This document shows, one piece after another, positions 1-12,600 of a stretch of 64,000 nt of DNA (positions within the stretch are counted from its first letter, which is position 1; the number at the start of each line of letters is the position of its first letter). The notes under the pieces were generated by a model. The model saw nothing but the letters and a program-made list of their open reading frames with translations. It searched no databases and had not been told where the DNA came from. The DNA is from Azolla caroliniana. Lineage: Eukaryota; Plantae; Polypodiophyta. The stretch covers positions 11,098,001 to 11,162,000 of the forward strand of contig JBHGNT010000008.1 of NCBI GenBank assembly GCA_043228905.1, in the 5' to 3' direction. Position numbers and translations under genes: made by a program.

Positions 1-3000
1 GCCTTCCTTGATTTTCTTTGGTCGGAGCCGGTGCGTTTGGTCGAACCGGGCTTTGTTCCTCATCCTCGCCGTCCGAAGTCTCTCCGCCGCTTGTTCCACG
101 TCCCCTGGCCTCCGCTCGAGCTGCCGTATACACGCCGCTAGCAGTTCTTCCCGGCTCATCTCGTCTCTCCAGTCCACTGTCACCCAAGAGGAGATCGTCT
201 GTTCCATCAGCATGATCGGCTTCTGTCCGAACATGAGCTCTGACGGCATGAACCCAGTTACCGAACTGTGCGTTGTCCGGTCCGCCCATAAGGCATAAGG
301 TAACAGTCATGGCTAGTTCCCGACCTGGCCTCCGCATGCCCGGACTAGCGCTTTGACGATCGGTCCGTGTCCGCGCTCCACCTTCCCGTTCGCCTCCGGA
401 TTGTACGCTGTGGTGAGCAAGAGCTTGACCCCTAACCGGTCGAACAGCTCCTCGGCCTCTTCGGCGTCCAACTCCCCGCGGTCAGCCACGATCTTCCCGA
501 CGCACCCGTACCGACATATCACGTCCTCGATCAGGAACCGACACACGGCCGCGGTCGTTTTGTTCTGCAGGGCTCGGCCTTCCACCTGGTTCGTCAGGTC
601 CTCCCGGGCCAACACCAAATATCGCATTTGCCCTACGCCCATCGGCATCGTTACCAAATCTACCATCCATTTGAAGTGGATGGCCGGAGGGTATGTAGGG
701 TGAAGCTCGTCCCGATGTCGGACTATGGAGTGTATCTGACAGCTCTCACAAGTCGTCACGAACCAATGCACGTCCCGGTACAATCCCGGCCACCAGTACT
801 TCCCCTTTAGTTTCTCGAACGTGGCCCACGTTCCACGGTGTCCAACCCAGGGGCTGTCGTGGTAGGCCTTCAGCAACTCCTCCTGTTCCTCCTTCATCGC
901 CACTACTCGGAGCGGGATGCTGTTTCTCTTCTTCGGGTGCTTCCACAAGTATCCGTCCCGGAGAAAGAATCGGTATGCTTTCTTCCGGATCTGGTTGGCC
1001 TCGTCCTTTGTCCATGACGTGTCCGGCGTCATCGTCCTTAAGAATCCTCCAATCTGCAGCCACTCCCCATCATACCTGCTCTCGTTAAAATCGTTAAGCA
1101 CCGGAGTGCTCCCCCCCTCGGTTGTTACGTAAGCCGCCTCAAAGAAGTCCACGCCGACTTCCTCGTCCTCCGAAACCATGCCGCCCTCGTCGTCGAATCG
1201 CGCCCTCGAAAGCATGTCGGCCATGGCATTGTCTTTCCCGGAAATGTGTCGTATTTCCGGATCCAGGGACTTGATGTACGCTATCCACCTGAGCATTGCC
1301 AGGTCTGGGGTTGCGCATCCGGAAACCATGCCGAGAATCGGCAGGCATTCCGTCTCGATAATCACCTCTATCCCGATCAGATAGTCTTTATCGGCCTTTA
1401 CCGCTGAAACGATACCCCAGAGTTCGCGTTTAACCTGGGCGTATCCTCGTTGTCGCTCGCTGAGGACCTTCGCGTCGAACCGGATTGGGAACTGAATACC
1501 GTTCTCATCTTCTTGGTTGACGACCCATCCGATCCCGGTCGGACTTGTATCTACCGTTATGTAGATGGGAGTGCCTTTCTCGTAGACAACCTTCCGGAGC
1601 GCCCGAGCTGCAGCAAGAGCCTCCTTCATCTTTCAGACCGAATCCGTATGCTCGACTCGCCACTCGAATTTTCGCCCCTTTTTCAGCAACCCGTATAGCG
1701 GCTCGGCAACGTGGGCGTAATGCGGGATCCATATGTGGTAGAACGCGCATGCTCCCAAGAACCTCCGTACCTCCGTGACCGAGTTACAGTCGGGCTTCAT
1801 TGCGGAGATGGCTTCCACCTTAGCCGGAGACGGTTTCCGGCCATACGGTCCGAATAGATGTCCGACGACCATGATCTCTGATTGCCCGAAGGCCGATTTC
1901 TCCCCGAAGAATGTGAGCCTTGCGTCCTCTAGCCTTTGCAGCACCCTCTCGTAGTCGTCAATGTGTGTCGCCACGAATTTCCGGCATCCGTCCGGTCCGA
2001 TCGTTTCGTCCTTGTCTTCCATCGGACATCCCTTGATCGGGATATCGTCCAAGAATGGCATGGTGATGTCCGGGATACAATCCCTCAGCACGTTGTTCAT
2101 CGCATTCACCATGTGGGCCACCGAGTTCGTCCCTCCTTGTGGCAGGGTACACATCCGCACTAGGCCGAGAGGAGTCCGCATCGTCGTAATGTCTCTGCTC
2201 TCTACGGTTAGTTGGAACTGATCGTACCCCGAGTACAGATCACCGATCGAGTAGATCGACCTTCCGGCAAAGGCCTCCGCGAACTCGTCTATCGTTGGTC
2301 CGATTCCTGCGTTTCGAATGGTCACTCTGTTGACTGGTTGCCGATCTTGAATGAAGCGCAACGTCCCGTTCTTCTTCAGTACGGTAAACCACCGGTTCGA
2401 GTACGGGGCACTCGACGGTTCGAGGATGCCCATATCGACTTTCTGCCTCAACAGCTCCATCAGCGTCGGGATGTGAGCTCTCGGTACCGGAATTGGTTTG
2501 AGATTCCGCGGCACATGCGGTACCATGAATATCACCATCGACTTCACGACTGTTAGGTCTACGCACCCGATCTCTCACGGTGAGAATGCGAAGGCTTTCC
2601 CGTGCCTTCCGAGCATTCTCCGAAACCGGTCTTCTTCTGCCGGCAGTAGGAACCCGCCCCCACCGATTTTGAGCTCCCGTAGCATTCTGTCAGTGAAGGT
2701 GTGTCCTATGCAGGCCGGATCTCGTTAACTGGGGTTCGACGCGACCCCCTTGATTCGCAACTCGTTGCTCTCTAGTAAGGGTGCCGCGACTGGCCTTACC
2801 TTCCGGTCCACAGTCTTGTACTTCGTGTTAACCCGAGCCGTCCGATCCGACTCGAGCCCTCGACTGAAGTCCGCGATGACTTCGTACATCTCTTCTGAAT
2901 AAACCGGTATCATCCGGTCCTCCTTAAGGCCCTCTCTGTCCACCTCTCGCAGTATTCCCAAGGTATCGTCGAAGGAGACCGCCTCCACGGCTCCGTTGAT

Positions 3001-3228
3001 TTCCTCGCTGGGCCCAAGAACTCCGCACGCCCGAAGTCGCTCTTCCGCCCTCGTCTTTTCTCGGCCAACGATGCCGACTATCGTACACCCTCCGTTGTCG
3101 GAGAAACAAAACTTCCTACTTATGGTATGAGATTTCTTCGGTTTCGCCTCTATCGTACATTTGTAGGGTTTTCCTGGAGTGTCCGGACTGTTGCGGCCCC
3201 ACGCGTTGGCAGCCCTCTCTAAAAATCC
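1..3228 (-). pseudogene. pol: G1 pol: RT, RNase H, integrase (in-frame stops)
   Basis: ORFs 2725-2988, 1633-2547 (DLYSGYDQF, FLDD) and 313-1629 (TVDTSPTGIG, HISGKDNAMADMLSR, HHCC, integrase core) all lie in one frame. Confidence 0.92.
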
Positions 3229-5331
3229 TCTCGGTTCTAGCCACCGAGGGACTCGTGGTTCGGTCTCACCGTGAGGAACTGGACCGAATGACGCTCGTCC
3301 TGACTCTTGACCCTCACGTAAGCCGACCCGTTATCCAGCACCTTGGTCTCCATCCGTGCTGCCGTAATGTACGGTTCTCCCAGTATGACCGGGTGCGAGG
3401 ACGTCTCCTGCACAAAGAAGTGCTAGTCTATTTCGACGTCACCGATCTTGACTTGCACGTTTGGGCAGGCCCCGTGTAGTTCCTCGATGGCGCGCGTCGC
3501 CGCCCGTATCTTCCACCCATGCTTGGTGTTGATCGGCCATTTCCCCTTCTTGTAGAAGTCCATGGACATCAGGTTTATTTCCGAACCGTGGTCCACCAGC
3601 GCCACCACCGGTTCCTGAACATCTCCGATCTTCACCGGGGTTTCCGTGGTCGCTCGGGCCCAGTGTGGCTTCGAGTAGTGGCTCTCTGCCCACTCGTCTT
3701 CCAGCGCCATGTCCTCTATGTGTGTCGTCCGCACCTCCACCGGCCTTTCCGGTTCTGCCTCCGTCGACAGCCTCTTCCTCTTCACCAAGTCTACGATGGA
3801 GTCGTTGAACTCCTTCTTGGCGATTCCGAGCACCTCCCGCAACGACAGTTCCACCTTGCTGTCGAGGATTCGTTCTTCCAGGACCTTTCGTAGGTCCGTG
3901 GTCCTTTCGATCTCCGTGCCCAAACGGTATCCGCCCTTCTTGTGGTTATCCCGAGCACTGGACTCATCGGCCTCGTTCCGTTTTGGCCCGAATCGGGTTT
4001 CGTATCTCTGTGAGGGTCCGGCCCCTCCGGTTTTACCTACCCGTTTGTCTTCAACCAGAGCCTCCTAGTTCTGGCAAGCTGCTTCGACGAAACCCGTCTT
4101 TTCTTCGACCGGGTCACTCCACCCGGTTACCTCCTGGACCCGCTTCTCCGCACGGTCCGCCTCGCCTTTCTTTAGTCGGGCACCGGCGAGGCCTTCCAGC
4201 ACCGTCGGCCAGAACCCGGCTTTGCTCTCCTTCCGGGCCTCGCTGCCTCCGACCCGAATACCGGCTGACGCTGAGTAGTGGACAGTCTCGGCGTGCCGGG
4301 CCGCCGCCTCTTCCATCAGCCTTTTCATTCCTCCTCGCCCGTCGTTTCGGTTCAGAGCCCTCCGGGTATCGTTGGCGTGCACCCGACCTTCCCACAGGTA
4401 CACTACCCGGCTTCTCAAAGCCTCCGCAAAGTCCCCATAGTCTTTCCGGATGTGGCCAACCTCGTCACACCACATGCACCTATTTCCTGCCGGAGGCCGT
4501 CGGTCACGAGCCTGATCGTCGCCTTCCCTCCGAGCCTGGGCGATCGGGAGATCCTTTACCGCCCGTGTCAACTCCTCCAAAGCAGTCCCCCCAGACGAGC
4601 CTCTGACCACGCCGGTCGAAGCATGACCGGTTTCGAGCCACTCCCAGGTCTCTTCCCGTCGCTCCTGCGGTATTGGTTCGAGCTTCCTTGCTACAACAGG
4701 ACCCGCCCCGGTCGCCCCTGTATCAGCCCACTCCCACCATTTGTCAAAACGGCCGCAAACTCTTTTTACCACGGCCCAGTCAGCCGTCAGCCCGTCTTCG
4801 GTTTCCAGTAAGGAGCCCACTTGCTCCCGATCCCATGCGTCAACCAATTTGACAAACAGTAGGACACGACTTGTGTCCAGAATGGTCCAATCGAGCACCG
4901 AAAGGCGCAAAGCGATCCTCAAACTCCCCGAGGAGTGCCGACGCATTTCTTCCTTTGTCGGGGGACTCCGCCCACTCCATGAAGCCCCGCTTCGAAAGTC
5001 GAAGCGCGTCATCCAGCCCGTATTTCTCCAGGAGCCGTCCTTCGAACTCCTCCCAGGTCCGGCTCTCCGCCCGGACCTCGAGCACCTCCGCATGGATGAC
5101 CGGCATCTCCACTCGAGGGAATCCGGCAAGACGCCTCTCTTCCGGAATATCCCTCATCAACATCTCCGCCCAGTAGGACGCCAAATAACTCGTGGCATCC
5201 TTTCCACTAAACCGGCCAATCATACCGACGATCGCCTCAATAGCCCTGTGAAGGGGGCCGGTGCCCTTGCGCGCGCTCACTATCCGGTCCACGGCCGAAG
5301 CCATGGCCTCTGCAAGATCCGACCCCCTCAT
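3219..5331 (-). pseudogene. gag: G1 gag + aspartic protease (disrupted by a frameshift and stops)
   Basis: ORFs 4840-5331, 4065-5129 (zinc knuckle CMWCDEVGHIRKD) and 3423-3923 (LVDHGSEINLM protease motif). The gag and PR ORFs share a frame that ends EDF* at 3219-3221. Confidence 0.85.
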
Positions 5332-5354
5332 CTTCTGCTCCTCTACCGCCTTGT

Positions 5355-5372
5355 TTCACGTTGGGTTCACCA
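5355..5372 (-). promoter_or_regulatory. Primer-binding site, tRNA-Trp
   Basis: TGGTGAACCCAACGTGAA is a 17/18 complement of the plant tRNA-Trp 3' end as I recall it (TTCACGTCGGGTTCACCA). The P2 copy matches 18/18. Confidence 0.85.
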
Positions 5373-5376
5373 AATA

Positions 5377-6025
5377 TGTCGCGTTACTGCGCGCGTGTGT
5401 GGAGAAACGAGGCGGGACCACCGGGGTCTTGAACCGAAGAGCAGGTGATAGGAGGGGAAAGAGAAAGAGAGAGACGACCAGTTACGTATGAGCAAAGAAA
5501 CACAGGGACACGGCCCGTCAACGCAGAAGACACGAATGGACACAGAGACAGAGAGACACGAATGTTTGTATATTAACAAGTGACACAAAAATAACAGAGC
5601 ACGCGAGTGGTTACAACCGAACAGGCCGGCGAACAGATGTCGATGCCTGCTCGTCTGCGCACAAAAGGGGATAGGATGGAGGTGTTGTCGAAAGCACATG
5701 GGCATTCCTCGAAGCAACGCGAGCCTCCCGTAAACCTACAGAGAAGAGCAATAGAGAACAAACAGAGGAGAAGCGTTCGGTTACGGTCCGACAACACTTC
5801 GTCCTCCTCAATGCGCGATCCCTTTTCCCTGCGTCCCCCTCTCCTTTATAGCTTCCAGAAGGGAGCCGTCTCCCTCATTTACTTCCTACCTATCGAATCT
5901 AACTACCCAGGATATACCTATGTACCTAATTCCCTATTATATACATTAAAGGGCGCGCACGCGTGAAGAGCCGGTTCACGCGCGCTATGCACCGATTGCG
6001 CTAAGGGACGGTTTTCTCCACGACA
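5377..6025 (-). repeat. 5' LTR of G1
   Basis: Inverted termini TGTCG/CGACA; directly followed in element sense by TATT and the PBS; TATAAAAG on the - strand near 5845. Confidence 0.85.
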
Positions 6026-6480
6026 GCGTTCCATCGAATTTCATAGGAAAGGCCGATCTTGGGTTCTTTATGAATCCCTTGCATACTTGGTCCTTGTTGA
6101 TGCAACGTTACAATGGTTGTTTCGAGTTGTTGCAAGCGTAACGTTATTTCCCCATGTTGTTGCTGTGTCTGCTGCTTTTCTAAGGAGATTTGTTGAAGAT
6201 CCCCCAATAGCCGTTGATTTTCTTGTTCCAATGCGAAAAACTTCTCTTTCAAGCATTGCAACTCCGAGAAAATAGATTGATATTCTTGAGCGCTACCAAT
6301 GGCAATAATATGAGAGAAAAGAGGAATAAGAGATTAATATGAAGGGAGGGAGAAGTAAGAAGATAAAAGGAAGAGGAGGACGAGAAAATCAGTTCAAACT
6401 TTCAGGAATAGTACTGAGACAGAGAGGAAATTAGTACTAAGAGATGAAGATTAGTATTAAGAGGGAAAGAGGGTGTAAAA

Positions 6481-6527
<47 letters not shown>

Positions 6528-6744
6528 AGATGAATGTATCTCAGTTGGTAAGGTTACCCAATGGAGACCAGGTGGTCATGGGTTCAACCCCTACATTCCA
6601 CAGTGGCATCTAGAGAATTAAGAGTATATGAAGTATATAATAGAGAGGTGAGGAAATTGGGTTTCGAACTCATGATGCAATGTGTGTAGTGTTAACAACT
6701 TACTACTAGGGTAAGGTAATTACTAGAAGAGAGAGAGAGAGAAG

Positions 6745-7023
6745 TGACGCGAAATATGTGGAATAATCTTCGGCAACAACCGAAGCGTAGATCACTTGAT
6801 GCCAATCAAACACAGAAGAAATGGGAATGGAGGTAAGTAAACAAATAGAAAAGAGAATACACTGAATGCTAACGTGGAAAACCCTGAGAGGGAAAAACCA
6901 CGGGAGTCCAAGACTCCAAACTATCACTATGTCAAGGAGTACAACAGGGAGCTCAGAGGCAATGACCTCTTGCTCACAATCTTTGCCTAGCGGCGGTTAC
7001 AATAGAGACACGATCTCTGTATA

Positions 7024-7075
<52 letters not shown>

Positions 7076-10000
7076 GCACAGTACATAAGTTACACCAATA
7101 ACTCTATCATCATATACATTGAGTTTGCCCTAGGTCATATTTATACTAATATGACTTTCGGGCTACTTACAAATATAGCCCCAGTGCGCTCTCTAGAACA
7201 TATTTACATATATGTCCCTTCCATCCGATGAGAGGTTCTCACCGGGCCTGCAACATCCGGTTCTCACTGGGTCTTCCTTGCCGGGTACTCGTCATCGGGT
7301 TCTCACCGGGCCTGCAACATCCGGTTCTCACCGGGTCTTCCTTGTCGGGTACTCGTCATCCGGTTCTCACGGGTCTTCCTTGCCGGGTACTCGTCATCTG
7401 GTTCTCACCGGGCCTTCGTATCCCATCAGGAGGGACCGAGATCCTAACAAACTCCCCCTTCACTCCGGCATGGGATGCCTCGATAGTCCAATTCGCTTCT
7501 GACATGCGTCTAGCTTGTCGGACATCAGCACCTTGGTCAGCATATCCGACCCGTTCTCCTCCGTGTGGATCTTCGTCAGCAGGAAGTCTCGGTCTTCTAC
7601 TCGCTCCCGAATCCAGTGGTACCTCCGATGGATGTGCTTCGTCCTGGAATGATACGCTGCATTCTTCACAAGGTGGATGGCACTTTGACTGTCGCAATAG
7701 AGCCGGTATTCCTCTTGCCGGATCCCTAGCTCTTCGATGAAGTCCTTCATCCATAGTATTTCCTTGTCGGCTTCCACAGCCGCCATGTACTCCGCTTCCG
7801 TGGTTGACAACGCAACCGTCTTCTGCAGCTTTGATTGCCACGAAACAGCTCCCCACGCATATGTCATGACATATCCGAATGTTGACTGGTTGGTATCCGC
7901 ATCAGTCGACATATCCAAATCAGTGAAACCGTCAAGTTGGGGATTACCGGAGCCGAATCAGAGACACATACTTGAGGTGTTTTTCAAGTATCGGAGTATC
8001 CATTTTACCGCATTCCAGTGCTCCTTGCCGAGATTGCTCATAAACCGGTTCACCACTCCGACTGCATATCCGATATCTGGTCGGGTACACACCATTGCGT
8101 ACATTAGGCTCCCGATGTCAGAGGCATATGGTATCTTCATCATATCTGCCTTCTCTTCCTTCATCTTCGGGCTTTGCTTACCGGATAACCTGCAGTTTGC
8201 CAGAAGTGTCGATTCGACCGGTTTCACATCTGACATGTTGAACCGCTGAAGCACCTTTGTCACGTACTTCTCCTGTGACAGCCACAATTGCTTCGTTGGC
8301 CAGTCCTAGATGATATGCATCCCCAACATCTGTCTTGCCAGACCCAAGTCTTTCATTGAGAAGCTCCGGTTCAAGGCCTTCTTCAGCATCCATATCTTGA
8401 CTTGGTCTCGTCCGACGATCAACATGTCGTCAACGTACAAGAGGAGTATCAGGAAGTCTCCACCTTCGAACTTCTTCACAAATACGCAGTGATCAGGCTA
8501 CGTTTTGTGGTACCCTTGATCGGTCATAAAGGAGTCGAACTTCCAGTACCATTGCCGGGGAGCCTGCTTCAACCCATAGACGCTCTTTTTTAACCGGCAA
8601 ACCAGGTGCTCCTTCCCTTTCTTCACAAATCCCTCCGGTTGCTGCATGTAGATCTCCTCTTCGAGGTCGCCGTGGAGGAACGTCGTCTTCACATCTAACT
8701 GCTCTACCTCGAGGTCCATGCTTGCCGCTATGCTCAGCACCGTCTGGATGGAAGTCACCTTTACTGCCGGGGCAAATATCTCATCGAAGTTCACGCCCTT
8801 CTTCTGCTGGAACCCCTTCACCACGATCCTGGCTTTGTACCTTGGAGGGTTCTCGGCATCTCCCGGTTTCAACTTGTACCCCCACTTGTTTCGGAGTGCC
8901 CTCTTTCCTTTCGGCAACTCCACCAATTCATACGTGTGGTTATCATGCAGGGCATCCATCTCGTCCTGCATGGCACTCAACCACTTGCAGCTATGGGTGT
9001 CATCCTTCGCTTCTTCGAAGCTTTCCGGCTCTCCCGCATCGGTCAACAGCACATGCTCTGCATCCGGAAATCTCCGAGGGGCCCTTCTCTCTCTGAGAGG
9101 ATATCTCCATCTTTGGCCTTCGGCAACCAGCTCCTCTATTTGTTCTTCATCCGAATCCGATTCGGGGTCTTGGCCGGTTCCGGTTTCAGCTTCCTCTACT
9201 TCTTCTTCTACCGGTTTGGTATCTTCTCCATAACCGGCTGGTTCCTCGAGTGTCAACCGGCTCTTAACCGGGTGGGTCCGAATCTCATCGGAGTTCATTA
9301 TCTTCTTCTCCAACTCCCAGTCAGCAAGAGTCTTGTCCTCCATGAAGATAATATCTCGGCTCCGGAAAACCTTCTCGTCAACCGGATCCCACACTCGGTA
9401 GCCAAACTCATCATCGCCGTATCCAAGGAATATGCATGGCCGGGTCTTTGGATCCAACTTTCCTCTCCGGTCCTTAGCAACATGCACGTACGTGAGACAC
9501 CCGAACACCTTCAGATGCCAGTAGGACACTTCCTTACCGGTCCACACCTTTTGCGGCGTGTCTCCATCCAAGGGCACTGAGGGTGATCTGTTTATCACAT
9601 ACGTCGTTGTTGACAGGGCCTCAGCCCAAAACATCTTGGGTAGCTTAGCATGTGCTAGCATACTCCGGACCCTCTCCATTATGGTCCGGTTCATCTTTTG
9701 GGCCAGCCCGTTTAGTTCCAGCATCTTTGGCACAATAAATTCGAGCTGGATTCCCTTCGAGCGGCAATACTCCTCAAACTGCCCCCGGTATTCTCCTCCG
9801 TTATCTGCTCGAACCGCCTTCAGCTTCCATCCGGATTCTCTCTCCACTCTTGTGTGGAGCTCCTTGAAGACGGATAACACCTGATCGTTTGTCTTCAACA
9901 GTGTGGCCCACAGCCTCCTGCTATGGTCATCAGGGAGGGAACCGAGCAGGAGTTGTGCTAGTACCTCATCGGTGAGAGGTACTTCCAATGATGTTGCCTG

Positions 10001-11085
10001 GTGGATCAGCCCCTGGAAGGCATTCATGTGCTCTGCCATGCTAGAGCCATCTTGGTACCGGAGTCTTACTAGCTTCCGAAATACCGAAACCTGATTAACA
10101 ACATTTTTGTTCTGAAACATAATGCCGATCTTCTCCCAGAGCTCATGAGCCTTGCTCTCTTCATTGAAGTTGTTGTATAGGCTCATGTTGATGAAGCACC
10201 ATATGTACGTCGTTGTCTTCATGTGCATCACCTCCCATATCAAGGCATCGATCTTGTCTGGTCTCTTGTCCTCGAACTGAACCGGCAACCAAAGATCTTT
10301 AACCACGAGCATGTCCCTCATCTTCGACTTCCACACTGAGTAGTTGGAGCTGGTGAGCTTGAACATGCCTCCCAACAAATCGTCCATTTTTCTGTGTCGT
10401 TTCGCTATGATACCAGTTTGACGCGAAATATGCGGAATAATCTCCGAAAACAACCGAAGCGTAGATCACTTGATGACAATCAAACACAGAAGAAATGGGA
10501 ATGGAGGTAAGTACACAAACAGAAAAGAGAATACACTAGATGTTAACGTGGAAAACCCTGAGAGGGAAAAACCATGGGAGTCCTCAAACTCCAAACTATC
10601 ACTATGTCAAGGTGTACAACAAGGAGCACAGAGGCAATGACCTCTTGCTCACAATCTTCGCTTAGCGGCGGTTACAACAGAGACACAATCTCTGTATATC
10701 ACTCTCTCTCGCTCTCTTACGCACAGTACAGAAGTTACACCAATAACTCTATCATCATGTACATTGAGTTTGCCCTAGGTCATATTTATACTAATATGAC
10801 TTTCGGGCTATTTACAAATATAGCCCCAGTGGGCTCTCTGGAACATATTTACATATATGTCCCTTCCATCAGATGAGAGGTTCTCACCAGGCCTGCAACA
10901 TCCGGTTCTCACCGGGTCTTCCTTGCCGGGTACTCGTCATCCGGTTCTCACCAGGTCTTCCTTGCCGGGTACTCGTCATCCGGTTCTCACCGGGTCTTCC
11001 TTGCTGGGTACACGTCATCCGGTTCTCACCAAGTCTTCCAATGTTGGGCCTTCGTATCCCATCCGGAGGGACTGAGATCCTAACA
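6745..11085 (-). mobile_element. Ty1/copia element A1 (Tork/Tnt1-like), internally deleted
   Basis: LTRs 6745-7449 and 10419-11085; TSD AGAAG (6740-6744 / 11086-11090); PBS TGGTATCATAGC at 10404-10415; PPT at 7450-7460. Confidence 0.96.
7460..10387 (-). pseudogene. A1 gag-pol polyprotein (gag fused to integrase core, RT, RNase H)
   Basis: ORFs 8498-10453, 7958-8287 and 7460-7918 with RADNGGEY, YKARIVVKGF, LYVDDM, ALSTTEAEY and RTKHI motifs. Confidence 0.93.
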
Positions 11086-11393
11086 AGAAGGTTGATGAAA
11101 AAATATATATTATGTGAAAAGAATATACAAAGATAGCTAGGAGGCTTAAGACTGGCGTTGAACCGATTTGGTTCTCAATAATGCCATGTGCCTCTTTTTA
11201 TAGTGGCTTAGGAATACTCTTGACATTTCTAGAATGTTCTAGAGAAACCTAGAATATACATGGATTTTCTAAGTTAAATGGAAATAATATTCTACATATT
11301 ACAAAGAATAGCTTAATGGTAAGGCTTTTGCCCATGTGCCACAAGGTTAAGGGTTCAAATCCTTTTGAAGCCATACCATTCTATATCATGACA

Positions 11394-12372
11394 CTTATGC
11401 TCAACTGCACATAATACATCCTATTCTTTACTTAACAAAGTTTCCCATAATATATACTTCTTATGAGGAGAACACGCCCCTCTCACAATCCATGTTACCA
11501 CTTTCATTGAATCAACAATATTATGGGTGCACTTGCTTGTTTAGAGCAACCGATGCCATGAAACTAGTCAAAGCATATTCCAATGCCCCATATGAATTTT
11601 CATGCACCAAATCCTTAGGGTTGTCTATTGAAATCTTTTGTTTAGGTCCTCCCGCGTAACGAAAACCTCAAGAATTTGATGAATTTACAACCAGTCCCAA
11701 TGAATCAAATTGAAGGTGAAGGGGTAATCCATTATCCCTAAATTGTCGTTGCCAAGGAACTTCTCGAGGACCCTCCCTAGTTCATGAATTATCTTGCCAA
11801 GTATTCTGTCCCCTTCATTGCATTGCATATTCATTGATTTCCCCTTCAACTTGTCCTTAACCTGATGTCAATCTTTATGAACAACAACATCACTACTAGT
11901 TCTATCCAACAGTTTTTTCCCCTTAACTATAACAACTAAACGTTGTTTTTCCATGTCCATAGATTGAGTTCCTTTATTCTGAGGGCCCAAACCTTGAAGT
12001 GAGACCTCTTTATAACCTACTCTAGATGATGTTCCTTCATCCATAACAACCACAATATTTGACACACCAACATCTCTCCCAACTCTTTGCTTACCATTCC
12101 CTTCCTTAAGAACCTCTAAAGTTGAAGGACAGTGATGTTGGCATTCCATCATAAAGTGAACCCATTCACAACATCCAAAACAATGACCTGCAAATGTCTC
12201 CCACTTCAATTTAAAACATAGTTATTTCATACCATGTGTGTTCATACGCACCCATGCTGGCCTCTTATGACTTGTAACCCATAACACACAAAATCTGCAC
12301 TTATTTGTAGCATTTGCATGTGTAGATACCAACACTTTACCCTTTTGACTCATCAAGTCTGGTAAAAGTGGT
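11394..12372 (-). pseudogene. Degenerate L1-type LINE ORF1 fragment (continues at 17169 to ~17555)
   Basis: CFGCCEWVHFMMEC knuckle (11868-12209). The reading PI*VIVDCKHAFLWP|LLPDLMSQKGKVL joins across the C2 insertion. AT-rich. Confidence 0.55.
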
Positions 12373-12420
12373 TGTCGAGACTTGAGAATAGGAGAGAGAA
12401 AGATAAGATGATGATAGAAG

Positions 12421-12465
<45 letters not shown>

Positions 12466-12600
12466 ACTAGAAATGGAAAGAGAGTTTATATTATAAGAGA
12501 GCAAGGATTACAAAGAGTAGGCTAAGGGGCTACAAACTGGTGTTGAACCGAATGAGTTGTGATGAATGAATAGACACATATTTATAAGTCTTTATCGAGT

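Larger units (their letters stand above)
1..6025 (-). mobile_element. Ty3/gypsy LTR retrotransposon G1 (non-chromovirus, tRNA-Trp primed, possibly Phygy-like); 3' end lies outside the window
   Basis: 5' LTR 5377-6025 with TGTCG...CGACA termini, then a PBS, then gag-PR-RT-RH-INT in order on the - strand. It interrupts the gag of C1 at the KEPKI..KFDGT motif. Confidence 0.93.
6026..11393 (-). mobile_element. Chromovirus C1 (Tcn1-like): gag N-terminus and 5' LTR (6400-11393, split by copia A1)
   Basis: The gag segment FFALEQENQRLLGDLQQISLEK..KEPKI is homologous to C2 gag. It has the same TCAGTTCAAAC LTR boundary as C2, and its LTR start TGTCATGA (at 11393, - strand) matches C2. Confidence 0.8.

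Noticed and set aside
3575-3600. Protease active-site variant DHG instead of D(S/T)G
   Set aside because: From one decayed copy I cannot tell a lineage trait from a mutation.
6484-6524. (GA)n / (CT)n microsatellites here and in most LTRs
   Set aside because: Ordinary LTR-associated simple repeats. The SLSLSL and RERERE ORFs they generate are spurious.
6532-6600. Possible genuine tRNA gene
   Set aside because: No valid anticodon arm and an imperfect cloverleaf; reported only as a tRNA-like cassette.
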